A stretch of 54,779 nucleotides of DNA, from positions 1 through 54,779 of the forward strand of contig JBPCTR010000304.1 of the NCBI GenBank assembly GCA_051011575.1, given 5' to 3'. The translations under genes were made by a program, and so were the position numbers. A model generated the notes under the pieces. That model saw nothing but the letters and a program-made list of their open reading frames with translations. It was not told where the DNA came from and did not search any database. Of the stretch, positions 36,501 to 43,973 are shown piece after piece. This DNA comes from Acidimicrobiales bacterium (lineage in GTDB: Bacteria > Actinomycetota > Acidimicrobiia > Acidimicrobiales > SHLQ01). How positions within the stretch are numbered: position 1 is the stretch's first letter; each line of letters starts with the position of its first letter.

Positions 36501-36848
36501 CGACCGCTCCGCCGTGTTCTCCTGCGTATCGGTGAGGGAGCGGACGCCGACGACCTCGATCTCGTACGGCGAGCAGCGGAGGTGTGCGGAGTAGAGCTGG
36601 TGGAGAGCACGTCGTCACACGAAACCACGGTCGAGCTCGCCGCCCGCCTCGCATCGCTTTGCATCGATCGCATTCGTGCCGTCGGATCTTCGGTGTCCGA
36701 TGAGCTTCGCATCGCCGCCCACGCGGCAGGTGTTCACATCGCGGATCAGCCGGTGACGGCTGCTGGTCGACTCGAGCTGCAGCACTATCTGCGAGAGCAG
36801 GCCGTGAGCCGCACCCTCCATCGTTTCGGAAACCTCGTCGCGTCCTGA
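33570..36848 (+). CDS. putA: Bifunctional proline dehydrogenase / L-glutamate-gamma-semialdehyde (P5C) dehydrogenase
   Basis: PRODH barrel motifs (VNLLGEAVLG, VSVKVSA, FDMEEY, QAYL, IRLVKGAN, LASHN, FEMLQGM, YTPAV...YLFRRLEENAS). These are followed by an ALDH domain (VVPPWNFP, FKPAPETP, ETSGKNAIII, GQKCSAAS, EPFGPV-like ECFGPVLG). The ATGA overlaps the upstream stop. Confidence 0.9.
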   Translation: MSAAAHSVNDADGLVETAIDLVSTWLKRADELETADERATMAQLEGVIVDPDGVDFVMRFVDRVVRPDDNRVAADQLASIVADHRLPGFLSTIDRTLLRAGAKLGPILPGVVMPLARRRMRSIVGHLVAPAEPGRLEAHLAVQREHGYALNVNLLGEAVLGEREATRRLDELLAVVDQPDVDYVSVKVSAVASQLNHFAHEASLARIIDRVRVLIDQAARVAPPTFVNFDMEEYHDLDLTLDAFMHVLGEPEYATVDAGIVLQAYLPDALPAMQRLVAWANERHDAGGGEIKIRLVKGANLAMEQVDAAMHGWVQAPFDTKVETDANYVRCLDWLLQPGLMRGVRLGLASHNLFDIAWTHLLAAERRVSDRVQFEMLQGMAPSHARTVAEATPDAPAPLLLYTPAVRSADFDVAISYLFRRLEENASDDNFLRHLFGLAPGSAPFEEQAGIFRESVRLREGVQLGSRRHQDRAAPPTAPYDIGEPFVNEPDTDPTAPANRAWIEIVAARSTMDPSTPITTEIAHIETVVARARVAFEPWSRTAAAERQTMLHRVALELSNRRGDLIATMMHEANKTLVEADVEVSEAIDFARWYGDRALELVDDRATFRPFGVVAVVPPWNFPVAIPAGGVLASLAAGNAVVFKPAPETPRCAEIVAEACWAAGVPLDALQFVRTPDDEVGARLITSADAVILTGSTVTAELFRSWKPEIRLFAETSGKNAIIITPNADVDLAVADLVASAFGHSGQKCSAASLAILVGDVYDSPRFRRQLVDAVESIDIGPATDLSTTMTPIVGQLNERLERGLTQLDQGERWLVQPQLLERDSIMWSPGVRIGVEPGSWFHRTECFGPVLGLMRADDLEHAIELQNSSDFGLTGGIHSLDPNEIGRWDELVEVGNAYVNRAITGAIVQRQPFGGWKMSSVGPGAKAGGPNYVAQLGSWTPTASENGDDYDEWWRTHFSIDHDPTGLFCEANIFRYRPLRRVLLRIGEGADADDLDLVRRAAEVCGVELVESTSSHETTVELAARLASLCIDRIRAVGSSVSDELRIAAHAAGVHIADQPVTAAGRLELQHYLREQAVSRTLHRFGNLVAS

Positions 36849-36899
36849 TGCGTCGGCCGATTGAGGGTGAACGCTGGGTGGCGGCGTAGCGTGCGGGCC

Positions 36900-37814
36900 A
36901 TGGTCAAGAGCACCCACGCCGCCGTCGCCGATGCCCGAAATGCCGACGTGCAGATCTGGATCAACGGCGAGTTCTTCCACCGCAGCGAGGCGAAGATCTC
37001 GGTATTCGACAGTGGCTTCCTCGTCGGCGACGGCATCTGGGAGGGCATCCGCCTGCACCATGGCACGTTTGCGTTTCTCGACCGGCACCTCGACCGGCTG
37101 TTCGCCGGCGCCACGGCCATCGACCTCGACATCGGAACCCGCGAGGAGATCACGGCCGCCCTCCAGGCCACCGTCGACCGCAACGACATGGACGACAACG
37201 TGCACGTCCGCCTGATGATCACCCGTGGCGACAAGAAGACGCCGTCGCAGCACCCCTCGAACGTGATCGGCGGCCCGAACGTGGTGATCATCGCCGAGCA
37301 CAAGCAGGCCGATCCCGAGGTGGCCAACCAAGGCATCTCGTTGTTCACCGCCACCGTGCGCCGTCCACCTCCTGACACGCTCGATCAGAAGCTGAATTGC
37401 CACTCGAAGCTCCACGAGGTCATCGCACTCATCCAGGCCGTGGGTGCCGGCGCTGACGAGGCGCTCATGCTCGACCCGAACGGTGCCGTGGCCACCTGCA
37501 ATGCCACCAACTTCTTCATCGTTCGCGACGGCGAGGTGTGGACCTCGACCGGCTTTTACAACCTACCCGGCATCACCCGAGCCCTCGTGATCGAAACGGC
37601 CCGCGCTGCCGGCATCGCTGCATATGAGAAGGATTTCTCTCTCACCGATGTGTACGCCGCCGACGAGGTCTTCGTGACCGGCACGTTCGGTGGGCTGACC
37701 CCGGTGAGCGAGGTCGATGGTCGCACGATCGGCGATGGTGCGGGCATGGGTCCGACGACCGCGCGTCTCGTCGAGCTGTATCGCGAAGCAATCGCCGCCG
37801 ACGTGGCCCGCTGA
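36900..37814 (+). CDS. Class IV (fold type IV) PLP aminotransferase (BCAT / D-amino-acid aminotransferase / ADC-lyase family)
   Basis: SVFDSGFLVGDGIWEGIR, KLNCHSKL-type Lys region, NFFIVRDGEVWT, and EVFVTGT near the C-terminus. Confidence 0.85.
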   Translation: MVKSTHAAVADARNADVQIWINGEFFHRSEAKISVFDSGFLVGDGIWEGIRLHHGTFAFLDRHLDRLFAGATAIDLDIGTREEITAALQATVDRNDMDDNVHVRLMITRGDKKTPSQHPSNVIGGPNVVIIAEHKQADPEVANQGISLFTATVRRPPPDTLDQKLNCHSKLHEVIALIQAVGAGADEALMLDPNGAVATCNATNFFIVRDGEVWTSTGFYNLPGITRALVIETARAAGIAAYEKDFSLTDVYAADEVFVTGTFGGLTPVSEVDGRTIGDGAGMGPTTARLVELYREAIAADVAR

Positions 37815-37864
37815 ACCGACGTACGATCTCGGATCCGCCCACAATCCGTTCGAGGAGCAACCCC

Positions 37865-38167
37865 ATGATTCTGATCGCCGGCACGGTCCGCATCGACCCG
37901 GCCAGTCGCGATGCCGCCATCGAGGCTGTCACCGAGATGATGGCGAATTCCGCCAAAGAGGATGGTTGCGTGAGCTATGACTTCAGCGCCGACTTCCATG
38001 ACCCCGGGATCCTCCATCTATTCGAGGAGTGGGAGACCGCCGAGTCGCTCCAGTCCCACCTCGAATCGCCCCACATGAAGGTGTATCGCGCGGCGCTGGC
38101 CGAGATCGGCCTGCTGGGGCGCAACATCCACAAGTACGAGGCATCCGAGAAGGTGCTGCTGCCCTGA
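37865..38167 (+). CDS. ABM (antibiotic biosynthesis monooxygenase-like) domain protein
   Basis: 100 aa with a ferredoxin-like ABM pattern: ...GCVSYDFSADFHDPGILHLFEEWETAESLQSHLESPHM. Confidence 0.75.
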   Translation: MILIAGTVRIDPASRDAAIEAVTEMMANSAKEDGCVSYDFSADFHDPGILHLFEEWETAESLQSHLESPHMKVYRAALAEIGLLGRNIHKYEASEKVLLP

Positions 38168-38186
38168 CCTTCGCCGAGGCTTCACC

Positions 38187-38900
38187 ATGACCCTGCGCAT
38201 CAACATGTGGTCGAGCCCACGCAATCTCTCGACGGCGATGATGTATTCGTGGCGGGAGCGCGCCGACACCGCCGTGGTCGACGAGCCGATCTATGCCCAT
38301 TACCTGCGCCACACCGGCCGTCGCCATCCGGGCGACGACGAGGTCCTCGCGAGTCAGGACGCCGACGGCGAGGCCGTGATTCGCGACGTGATGCTCGGCG
38401 AGTACGACACGCCCGTCGTCTTCTTCAAACAGATGGCCAAACACCTCGTGGGGCTCGACCGATCGTTTCTCCCCCAGTTCCGCAACGTGTTGCTGACCCG
38501 AGAGCCCCACGACATGCTCACGTCGTTCCAGGTGAACATCCCCGACGCCACCATCGACGACACCGGCTTCCCCGAGTTGGTCGAGATCCTCGACACACTC
38601 GTCGACGCGGGTGAGGAACCGATCGTGGTCGACACCAAGCGCCTCCTGATCGACCCGCCTGCCGTGCTCAGCGAATTGTGCGACCGGCTCGGACTCGACT
38701 TTGATCCTGCCATGCTCAGCTGGCCTCCTGGTCCCAAAGCGGAAGACGGTGTGTGGGCCGAGCACTGGTACGCAGGTGTCCATCGCTCGACCGGGTGGCA
38801 GCCGTACGTCCCAAAGGACGCGGAACTCCTCCCCGCCGTCGCCCCCGTTCTCGAGGAGATCATGCCCATGTACGAACGGCTCATGCCATACCGGATTTGA
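38187..38900 (+). CDS. Sulfotransferase-like P-loop family protein (tentative)
   Basis: The ORF has good GC3. The N-terminal MWSSPRNLSTAMMYSW resembles a PAPS-binding loop (PRxxST), which I recall from uncharacterised sulfotransferase-family proteins. No search was possible. Confidence 0.5.
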   Translation: MTLRINMWSSPRNLSTAMMYSWRERADTAVVDEPIYAHYLRHTGRRHPGDDEVLASQDADGEAVIRDVMLGEYDTPVVFFKQMAKHLVGLDRSFLPQFRNVLLTREPHDMLTSFQVNIPDATIDDTGFPELVEILDTLVDAGEEPIVVDTKRLLIDPPAVLSELCDRLGLDFDPAMLSWPPGPKAEDGVWAEHWYAGVHRSTGWQPYVPKDAELLPAVAPVLEEIMPMYERLMPYRI

Positions 38901-39053
38901 GGGGAGCGTCCACTTCCCGCTTCGCTCCCGGGCTCGGATCCGTCGCTGCGCTCCTCGACCTCGCGCCGGCTGCGCCGGAGGCGGGCTCCCACTCCTCGTC
39001 CCTCGTCGCTGGGGTGGCTTCTCGCTACCGATAGGGGCGGGGGCGGCCGGTTA

Positions 39054-39116
39054 CTCTGACCCCTTTTCGCAAAAAGGGGTCAGAGCACCTTCGCCGGAAA
39101 GGGGTCTGACCCCCAG
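39054..39116. repeat. ~62-nt composite palindromic repeat element (copy C)
   Basis: Sequence CTCTGACCCCTTTTCGCAAAAAGGGGTCAGAGCACCTTCGCCGGAAAGGGGTCTGACCCCCAG. It has a perfect 14-bp stem (CTCTGACCCCTTTT / AAAAGGGGTCAGAG) with a 4-nt loop, then a third GGGGTCTGACCCC unit. Confidence 0.8.
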
Positions 39117-39118
39117 TT

Positions 39119-39227
39119 TGTGGGTTTCCGCGGATGTCGGGCGGAAGCCCGACGTGTTGGGGGGGAGCGGAGCTCGCGAAGCGACCATGTGGGTTTCCGC
39201 GGATGTCGGGCGGAAGTCCCGACGTGT
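39119..39227. repeat. Direct repeat of a 39/40-nt hairpin-containing unit separated by a 30-nt spacer
   Basis: 39119-39157 is TGTGGGTTTCCGCGGATGTCGGGCGGAAGCCCGACGTGT. 39188-39227 is identical except for a 1-nt insertion. Each unit contains the GTCGGGC-GGAA-GCCCGAC stem-loop. Confidence 0.8.
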
Positions 39228-39243
39228 CATGAAGCCCCGACTT

Positions 39244-39954
39244 TTAATCGATCCTGAGGATCGAACCGAGCGCGAAGTCGGGGGCGGGGCCCGCCCCGAT
39301 GGCCTCGTAGACCGAGGGCGGTACCGAGATGTCGGCGACGTAGAGGTGACCGACCACGTCGTCGTTGCGCAGGCCGATCTTCGGAAGCGCGAGTGTGCAG
39401 GTGGCGTCGGCGCTCACATGCGGTGTGGCGTGAACGCCGGTGGTCGAGTCGAGACCGCTGGGCACATCCAGGGCGAGGACTTCGGTCGGCGCGCGGTCGA
39501 TTTGGCCGATCACGTCGGCGGTGCGGCCGCGCGGATCTCCCCGAAGCGAGTAGCCGATGACCGCGTCGATCACGAGGTCGACGCCAGCGGCGACCTCGCC
39601 GACCACCGGGATGCCCATCCGCTCCACGATGTCGAGCTGGTGAGCGGGCACCGGGCGAAGGCGATCGCGGTCGGTGGCGAGCACCACCTGGACGTCGACG
39701 CCGGCCACCGCCAGGTGGCGCGCCCCCACGAGCCCACCACCACCGTTCCCGCCCGAGCCGGCACACACGACCACCGAGTTCGGCATGAACCGTTTGATCG
39801 CCAGCCGAGCCAGGTTGCGGCCCGCGTTCTCCATCATCTGCACGAGGTCGATGCGCAGTTCGTCGATCATGATCCGGTCGACCTCGACCATTTGCTCGGT
39901 CGTGAGCCAGCCGATCGAGTCGGCCGAGATGACAGGAACGACGTCGACGTGCAT
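39244..39954 (-). CDS. NAD(P)H-hydrate epimerase (YjeF N-terminal domain, NnrE-like)
   Basis: YjeF_N motif VVVCAGSGGNGGGGLVGARHL and the later DAVIGYSLRG, at 236 aa. Confidence 0.8.
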   Translation of the reverse strand: MHVDVVPVISADSIGWLTTEQMVEVDRIMIDELRIDLVQMMENAGRNLARLAIKRFMPNSVVVCAGSGGNGGGGLVGARHLAVAGVDVQVVLATDRDRLRPVPAHQLDIVERMGIPVVGEVAAGVDLVIDAVIGYSLRGDPRGRTADVIGQIDRAPTEVLALDVPSGLDSTTGVHATPHVSADATCTLALPKIGLRNDDVVGHLYVADISVPPSVYEAIGAGPAPDFALGSILRID

Positions 39955-40032
39955 GTCTGCACGCTAGACGGCTCCCATCGTGTCGGCCCCCTGCGGTTGG
40001 GGATCGGCGCCGCGCGGGGCGAGAATGGGGGA

Positions 40033-40827
40033 GTGAACCTGATCGACGACCTTCGCTCGGAGCTGCGCGCACTCGACCGCGTGGTCGTGGCCTTCAGCGG
40101 TGGTGTCGACTCGGCGCTTCTCGCATACGTCGCCCACGAAACACTGGGTCCCAAGAACGCGATCGCGGTCACCGCGATCTCGCCCAGCCTCGCAGGCGCT
40201 GAGCGCGACGAGTGCGCTGTGCTCGCCGAACTGTGGGGGCTCGACTGGCGAGAGGTCACGACCCACGAGATGGAGAACGCGGCATACCGGGCCAACGATG
40301 GTGACCGCTGTTTCCACTGCAAGGACGCGCTCATGGATGCGGTCGAACCGCTCGCCACCGAACTCGGGGCCACCGTCGTACTCGGCGTGAATCTCGACGA
40401 CCTCGGAGACCACCGGCCCGGCCAGCGCGCCGCCGCCGAGCGAGGTGCTCGCTTCCCCATGGTCGACGCCGGCCTCGACAAGGAAGCTGTCCGCAAATCG
40501 TCGGCCGATCTGGGCCTACCCACGTGGGACAAGCCTGCGGCCGCGTGTCTGGCATCGCGCCTTCCCTATGGCACTACGGTGACCCTCGGTCGACTGACGA
40601 GTGTGGAAGGTGCCGAGTTTGCGCTGAAGCAGATGGGCTTCCCCGAGATCCGGGTCCGTCACTACGACGAGATCGCCCGGATCGAGGTCCCGGTCGAGTC
40701 GCTCGGGCGGATCGTCGAGCAGCGCGACGCCGTGGTCGCGGCCGTGAAACAGGCCGGGTATCGCTATGTCGCGCTCGACCTCGAGGGGTTCCGGTCGGGC
40801 AACCTCAACCAGGCACTTCGGGACTGA
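40033..40827 (+). CDS. larE: PP-loop ATP pyrophosphatase, LarE-type sulfur transferase homolog
   Basis: PP-loop VAFSGGVDS, the DRCFHCK motif, and ACLASRLPYG, which holds the Cys equivalent to the LarE sulfur-donor position. GTG start at 40033 behind GGGGGAG. It is the C-terminal part of artefactual ORF 38701..40827. Confidence 0.8.
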   Translation: MNLIDDLRSELRALDRVVVAFSGGVDSALLAYVAHETLGPKNAIAVTAISPSLAGAERDECAVLAELWGLDWREVTTHEMENAAYRANDGDRCFHCKDALMDAVEPLATELGATVVLGVNLDDLGDHRPGQRAAAERGARFPMVDAGLDKEAVRKSSADLGLPTWDKPAAACLASRLPYGTTVTLGRLTSVEGAEFALKQMGFPEIRVRHYDEIARIEVPVESLGRIVEQRDAVVAAVKQAGYRYVALDLEGFRSGNLNQALRD

Positions 40828-40935
40828 CGCGATCCACCGTTTACTCCCCGAACGAGCAGGAGTAGAACGGAAGTCACGGGCTATGGCCCCGGTTGCGCGC
40901 TGTCGCAGCCGCGGCGGCGGCACCGGGCCGGGGAG

Positions 40936-41325
40936 GTGCACGACATGACTCGTGCCGACACGGAAAGAGAAATAAAGGACACGCTCGGGCTGGTTCCCAG
41001 CTTCTTCGACGGCATCCCAACCGATGTCATCGAAGCGGAGTGGGAGCTGTTCAAGCGGTTCGAGTTCGGCGACACTCACATCCCGACGAAGTACAAACAG
41101 CTGATGGGTGTGGCGCTCCACTCGTACACACACTGCAGTTACTGCACGCTGTTCCACACCGAAGCCGCACGGCTGAACGGTGCAACGGATGCGGAGATCC
41201 AGGAGGCTGCGCACTTTGCGAAGCACTCTGCCGGATGGAGTACCTACATGAACGGGACGAGGCAGAGCTTCGACACGTTTGCGAAGGAACTCCACGAGGT
41301 CGAGGCGTACCTGTCGTCGAACTGA
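40936..41325 (+). CDS. Carboxymuconolactone decarboxylase / AhpD-like family protein (Cys form, HCSYC)
   Basis: CMD motif YKQLMGVALHSYTHCSYCTLFHTEAA. Start is the GTG at 40936 or the ATG at 40945. Confidence 0.85.
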   Translation: MHDMTRADTEREIKDTLGLVPSFFDGIPTDVIEAEWELFKRFEFGDTHIPTKYKQLMGVALHSYTHCSYCTLFHTEAARLNGATDAEIQEAAHFAKHSAGWSTYMNGTRQSFDTFAKELHEVEAYLSSN

Positions 41326-41385
41326 GCGATTCGTGGGTGCGGGAGGCGGCTCGCACCCCGAGCGCTTTCCCACGCGAACGTGGAG

Positions 41386-41414
41386 CGAACACTTGTTTGT
41401 CGAACGAGTGTTCG
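41386..41414. promoter_or_regulatory. Two adjacent LexA (SOS) box candidates upstream of radA
   Basis: CGAACACTTGTTTG (41386-41399) and TCGAACGAGTGTTCG (41400-41414). These compare with the actinobacterial / Gram-positive consensus TCGAAC-N4-GTTCGA. Confidence 0.55.
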
Positions 41415-41430
41415 TGTAGTGTTCGAAGCC

Positions 41431-41589
41431 ATGCATCACGTCCCGACCCCTGTCTCGAGTCCCTCTCAGCGCCGGCGCCGTCATCTCGACGTGTACCACC
41501 GGGCGCTGCGCTCGGCCCACACAGCCGAACAGCGGGCGGCCGTCGCCGCTCGTTACCGCCACCTCTTCGCTGTCACAGCCTCGTCGTAG
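41431..41589 (+). CDS. Hypothetical 52-aa basic micro-protein (possible leaderless ORF) immediately upstream of radA
   Basis: The ATG at 41431 lies 8 nt after a TAGTGT -10-like hexamer (41417-41422) and has no SD. GC3 is about 75%. The TAG stop is 10 nt before the radA ATG. No homology could be assessed. Confidence 0.3.
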   Translation: MHHVPTPVSSPSQRRRRHLDVYHRALRSAHTAEQRAAVAARYRHLFAVTASS

Positions 41590-41599
41590 CGTCTCGCCC

Positions 41600-43096
41600 A
41601 TGGCCAAGACAAAGACCGTGTTCGTGTGCTCGTCGTGTGGACACACCGCCCACAAATGGATCGGGCAATGTCCCGATTGCGAAGACTGGAACACCCATGA
41701 CGAGGAGGTCGCAGAGCGAACGTCAGCCGCCCCGATCGTCATCGCCGAGGCTCCGCGCCCGATCCGTATGATCGCGGCGGATTCGTGGACTGCCAGCCCC
41801 ACCGGTGTCGACGAGCTCGATCGTGTGCTCGGAGGCGGATTCGTCTCCGGATCGGTCACCCTCGTCGGCGGCGAGCCGGGCATCGGCAAATCCACCCTCC
41901 TCCTCCAGGCCGTGGCCAAGCTCGCCGAGTCGGGCGCCAAGTGTCTGTACGTGTCAGCCGAAGAGGCGAGCGAGCAGGTTCGGTTGCGGGCCGAACGTTT
42001 GGGTGCGGTCGTCGACAACCTGTGGCTGGTGTCCGAGACATCGCTCGTCGCAATCCTCGCCCACTGCGATCAGTTGAAGCCCGACTACGTCGTCGTCGAC
42101 TCGATCCAGACCGTTCACGACCCGGAGTTGCGGTCGGCGCCGGGCGCGGTGGGCCAGGTCCGGCACTGTGCCCATCGTCTTGTCACCGAGGCGAAGCGCC
42201 GCTCCATGACCACGATTCTGGTGGGCCACGTCACCAAGGAAGGCGGCCTTGCAGGCCCCCGGGTGCTCGAGCACGTGGTCGACACCGTGCTCGCATTCGA
42301 AGGAGATCGTCACCATGCACTCCGTCTTCTTCGTGCGGTGAAGCACCGCTTCGGTGCAACCGACGAGCTCGGTGTGTTCGAGATGTTGGGTGAGGGACTC
42401 GCATCGGTCGTCGACCCGAGCCGATTGTTCCTCGCCGATCGCGCACCGGGCGTTGCCGGGTCGGTCGTCGTGCCGATTCTCGATGGGCACCGCCCGCTGC
42501 TGGTCGAGGTCCAGGCGCTCGTCGCTCGGTCGGCGCTTCCTCAACCTCGGCGCGCTGCCACCGGGGTCGATGCCAAACGGCTCGCGCTCATCCTTGCGGT
42601 CATGGAACGTCGAGCTCAGCTCGGTTTCGGTGCCACCGATGTGTACGCCTCGGTGGTGGGTGGCGTGAAGATCACCGAACCGGCGGCCGACCTGGGTCTC
42701 GCGCTGGCCGTGGCCTCGTCGATCGTTGATCGCCCGCTCGATCAGGGTCTGGTGGCGTGCGGCGAGATCGGTCTTGCGGGTGAGCTCCGCCAGACCGCCC
42801 AGACCGAACGGCGTCTGGCCGAGGCTGCCCGTGTTGGGTTCACCAAGGCGGTCATTCCGGCCGGTTCGCCTCCCACCCCCGACGGCATCCTCGGCATACG
42901 CGCCGAAACCGTGAGCGAGGCTCTGCGGTTGGCGGGCCTCATCGGCTCGCCATCGGAGTCGCCGATGCCGCTCAGCGCCGACGGCATGAACGTGGTCCCG
43001 CTCCGTCCTGCTGATCGCGCATACGCGGGCGAAGAGTCGATCGACGACTCGACCGTTTTCGCCGACGAGCCCCCCTCGGGGTGGTTCGGTCAGTGA
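41600..43096 (+). CDS. radA: DNA repair protein RadA/Sms
   Basis: N-terminal zinc finger CSSCGHTAHKWIGQCPDCEDWNT, Walker A GEPGIGKST, a KNRFG-type motif (VKHRFGAT), and a Lon-like C-terminal domain. Confidence 0.95.
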   Translation: MAKTKTVFVCSSCGHTAHKWIGQCPDCEDWNTHDEEVAERTSAAPIVIAEAPRPIRMIAADSWTASPTGVDELDRVLGGGFVSGSVTLVGGEPGIGKSTLLLQAVAKLAESGAKCLYVSAEEASEQVRLRAERLGAVVDNLWLVSETSLVAILAHCDQLKPDYVVVDSIQTVHDPELRSAPGAVGQVRHCAHRLVTEAKRRSMTTILVGHVTKEGGLAGPRVLEHVVDTVLAFEGDRHHALRLLRAVKHRFGATDELGVFEMLGEGLASVVDPSRLFLADRAPGVAGSVVVPILDGHRPLLVEVQALVARSALPQPRRAATGVDAKRLALILAVMERRAQLGFGATDVYASVVGGVKITEPAADLGLALAVASSIVDRPLDQGLVACGEIGLAGELRQTAQTERRLAEAARVGFTKAVIPAGSPPTPDGILGIRAETVSEALRLAGLIGSPSESPMPLSADGMNVVPLRPADRAYAGEESIDDSTVFADEPPSGWFGQ

Positions 43097-43135
43097 GCTC
43101 GTTGGTGAGCTGGGGGGTCGGTGTGACCTCAGAGC

Positions 43136-43744
43136 TCACTCGATGATGGGCGGTACCTCGCCGGTCCATTCTTCAAGCGGAGCGCAGTGCCACACCCAGC
43201 GGCGGAGACGTGGTGCCCCGGGCAGCTCGATGCGGCCGTTGGCCCACAGGAGCGCGTGCCAGGGCTGATCGCCGGCGTCGACCCACGGGAACAAGCGTGC
43301 AAGCACGCTCCCGGCGATCGCATCGTCGGGGGCGAACGAGCTCGCCAGGCCGAGATGAGCGTCGTAGCTGTGAACGAGCATTTCGTCGCACGCCATGGCG
43401 GCAAATCCTGATGGGTCCGCGCTTCCAAATGGGTGAAACCCCCGTGCGCCGGGATCCGCCGTCTCGACAACCGCAGCCAGCATCGCCGCATACGTCTCGA
43501 GGGTGGCGATGAGCTCGGCCGGTGTGGCGTCGGTCTTCAACTGATTGTCGATGCACTCGAGGTCGGGGCCGCCGGCCGCGAGATCGATCGAGTACCACAG
43601 ACACGCCTGAGCCATGTGGGCGACGACCGCTGACACCGACATGTCGAGATCCGGAACCGGTGAAGTCCAGCTCTCGTGGTCGCTCTCGTTGAGAAGGCGA
43701 GCGCACTGCGCCGAGACGGTACGAACATCGGAGTCATCGATCAT
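43136..43744 (-). CDS. DinB-like / mycothiol-dependent maleylpyruvate isomerase N-terminal domain family protein (tentative)
   Basis: 203 aa from the ATG (cat at 43742-43744). The helical N-terminal region with a conserved His (AVVAHMAQA) and the overall length fit this family. This is motif-level evidence only. Confidence 0.5.
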   Translation of the reverse strand: MIDDSDVRTVSAQCARLLNESDHESWTSPVPDLDMSVSAVVAHMAQACLWYSIDLAAGGPDLECIDNQLKTDATPAELIATLETYAAMLAAVVETADPGARGFHPFGSADPSGFAAMACDEMLVHSYDAHLGLASSFAPDDAIAGSVLARLFPWVDAGDQPWHALLWANGRIELPGAPRLRRWVWHCAPLEEWTGEVPPIIE

Positions 43745-43973
43745 CTGACGACCATAGTGGCGAGGGTGGGGCTGTCCCGAGGGTGACGCTCGGGGTTTCC
43801 CCTCATGCCCGGGTCGGGGGTGGTCGTCCCGCGGTACCACTCGAGCTCATCCCGGTACCCACCCCACGAAGGAGGGCCGAACCACCCGTAGCCCGACGAC
43901 ATCCGCCGAGTGTTTCCGCACGCTGGATTGCACGGGATTCGCAACCGGCGTTCCCAGGCGAACGGAGGAAGCG

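Noticed and set aside
39119-39227. CRISPR mini-array (two 39/40-nt repeats with a 30-nt spacer)
   Set aside because: There are only two repeats and one spacer, the copies differ by an indel, and there are no cas genes or leader in the window. It is reported as an unexplained direct repeat rather than a CRISPR array.
38701-40032. First 444 codons of the 708-aa ORF 38701..40827
   Set aside because: This stretch reads through the 3' end of the sulfotransferase-like gene, the repeat-filled intergenic region and the antisense of the NnrE gene. Only the part from the GTG at 40033 (PP-loop LarE homolog) looks like a real protein.
41398-41422. Mycobacterial RecA-NDp (PafBC) promoter motif tTGTCRgtg-8nt-TAnnnT upstream of radA
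   Set aside because: TTGTCG and TAGTGT are both present. However, the trinucleotide after TGTCG is AAC rather than GTG, and the spacing is about 3 nt too long. The LexA-box reading fits better.
40516-42018. 500-aa minus-strand ORF. Similar ORFs are 44039..45940 (633 aa), 48056..49240, 48862..50154, 50482..51432 and 51830..53173.
   Set aside because: These span several well-supported + strand genes (larE, CMD, radA; the MacB system; ispDF; rlmB/mshA). They have low-complexity composition and are regarded as non-coding shadows.
43745-43973. tRNA or other RNA gene in the 229-bp DinB-like / ABC intergenic region and in other gaps
   Set aside because: There is no cloverleaf-compatible arms or GTTCGAATC-type T-loop, and no rRNA-like sequence. 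No RNA gene can be supported.
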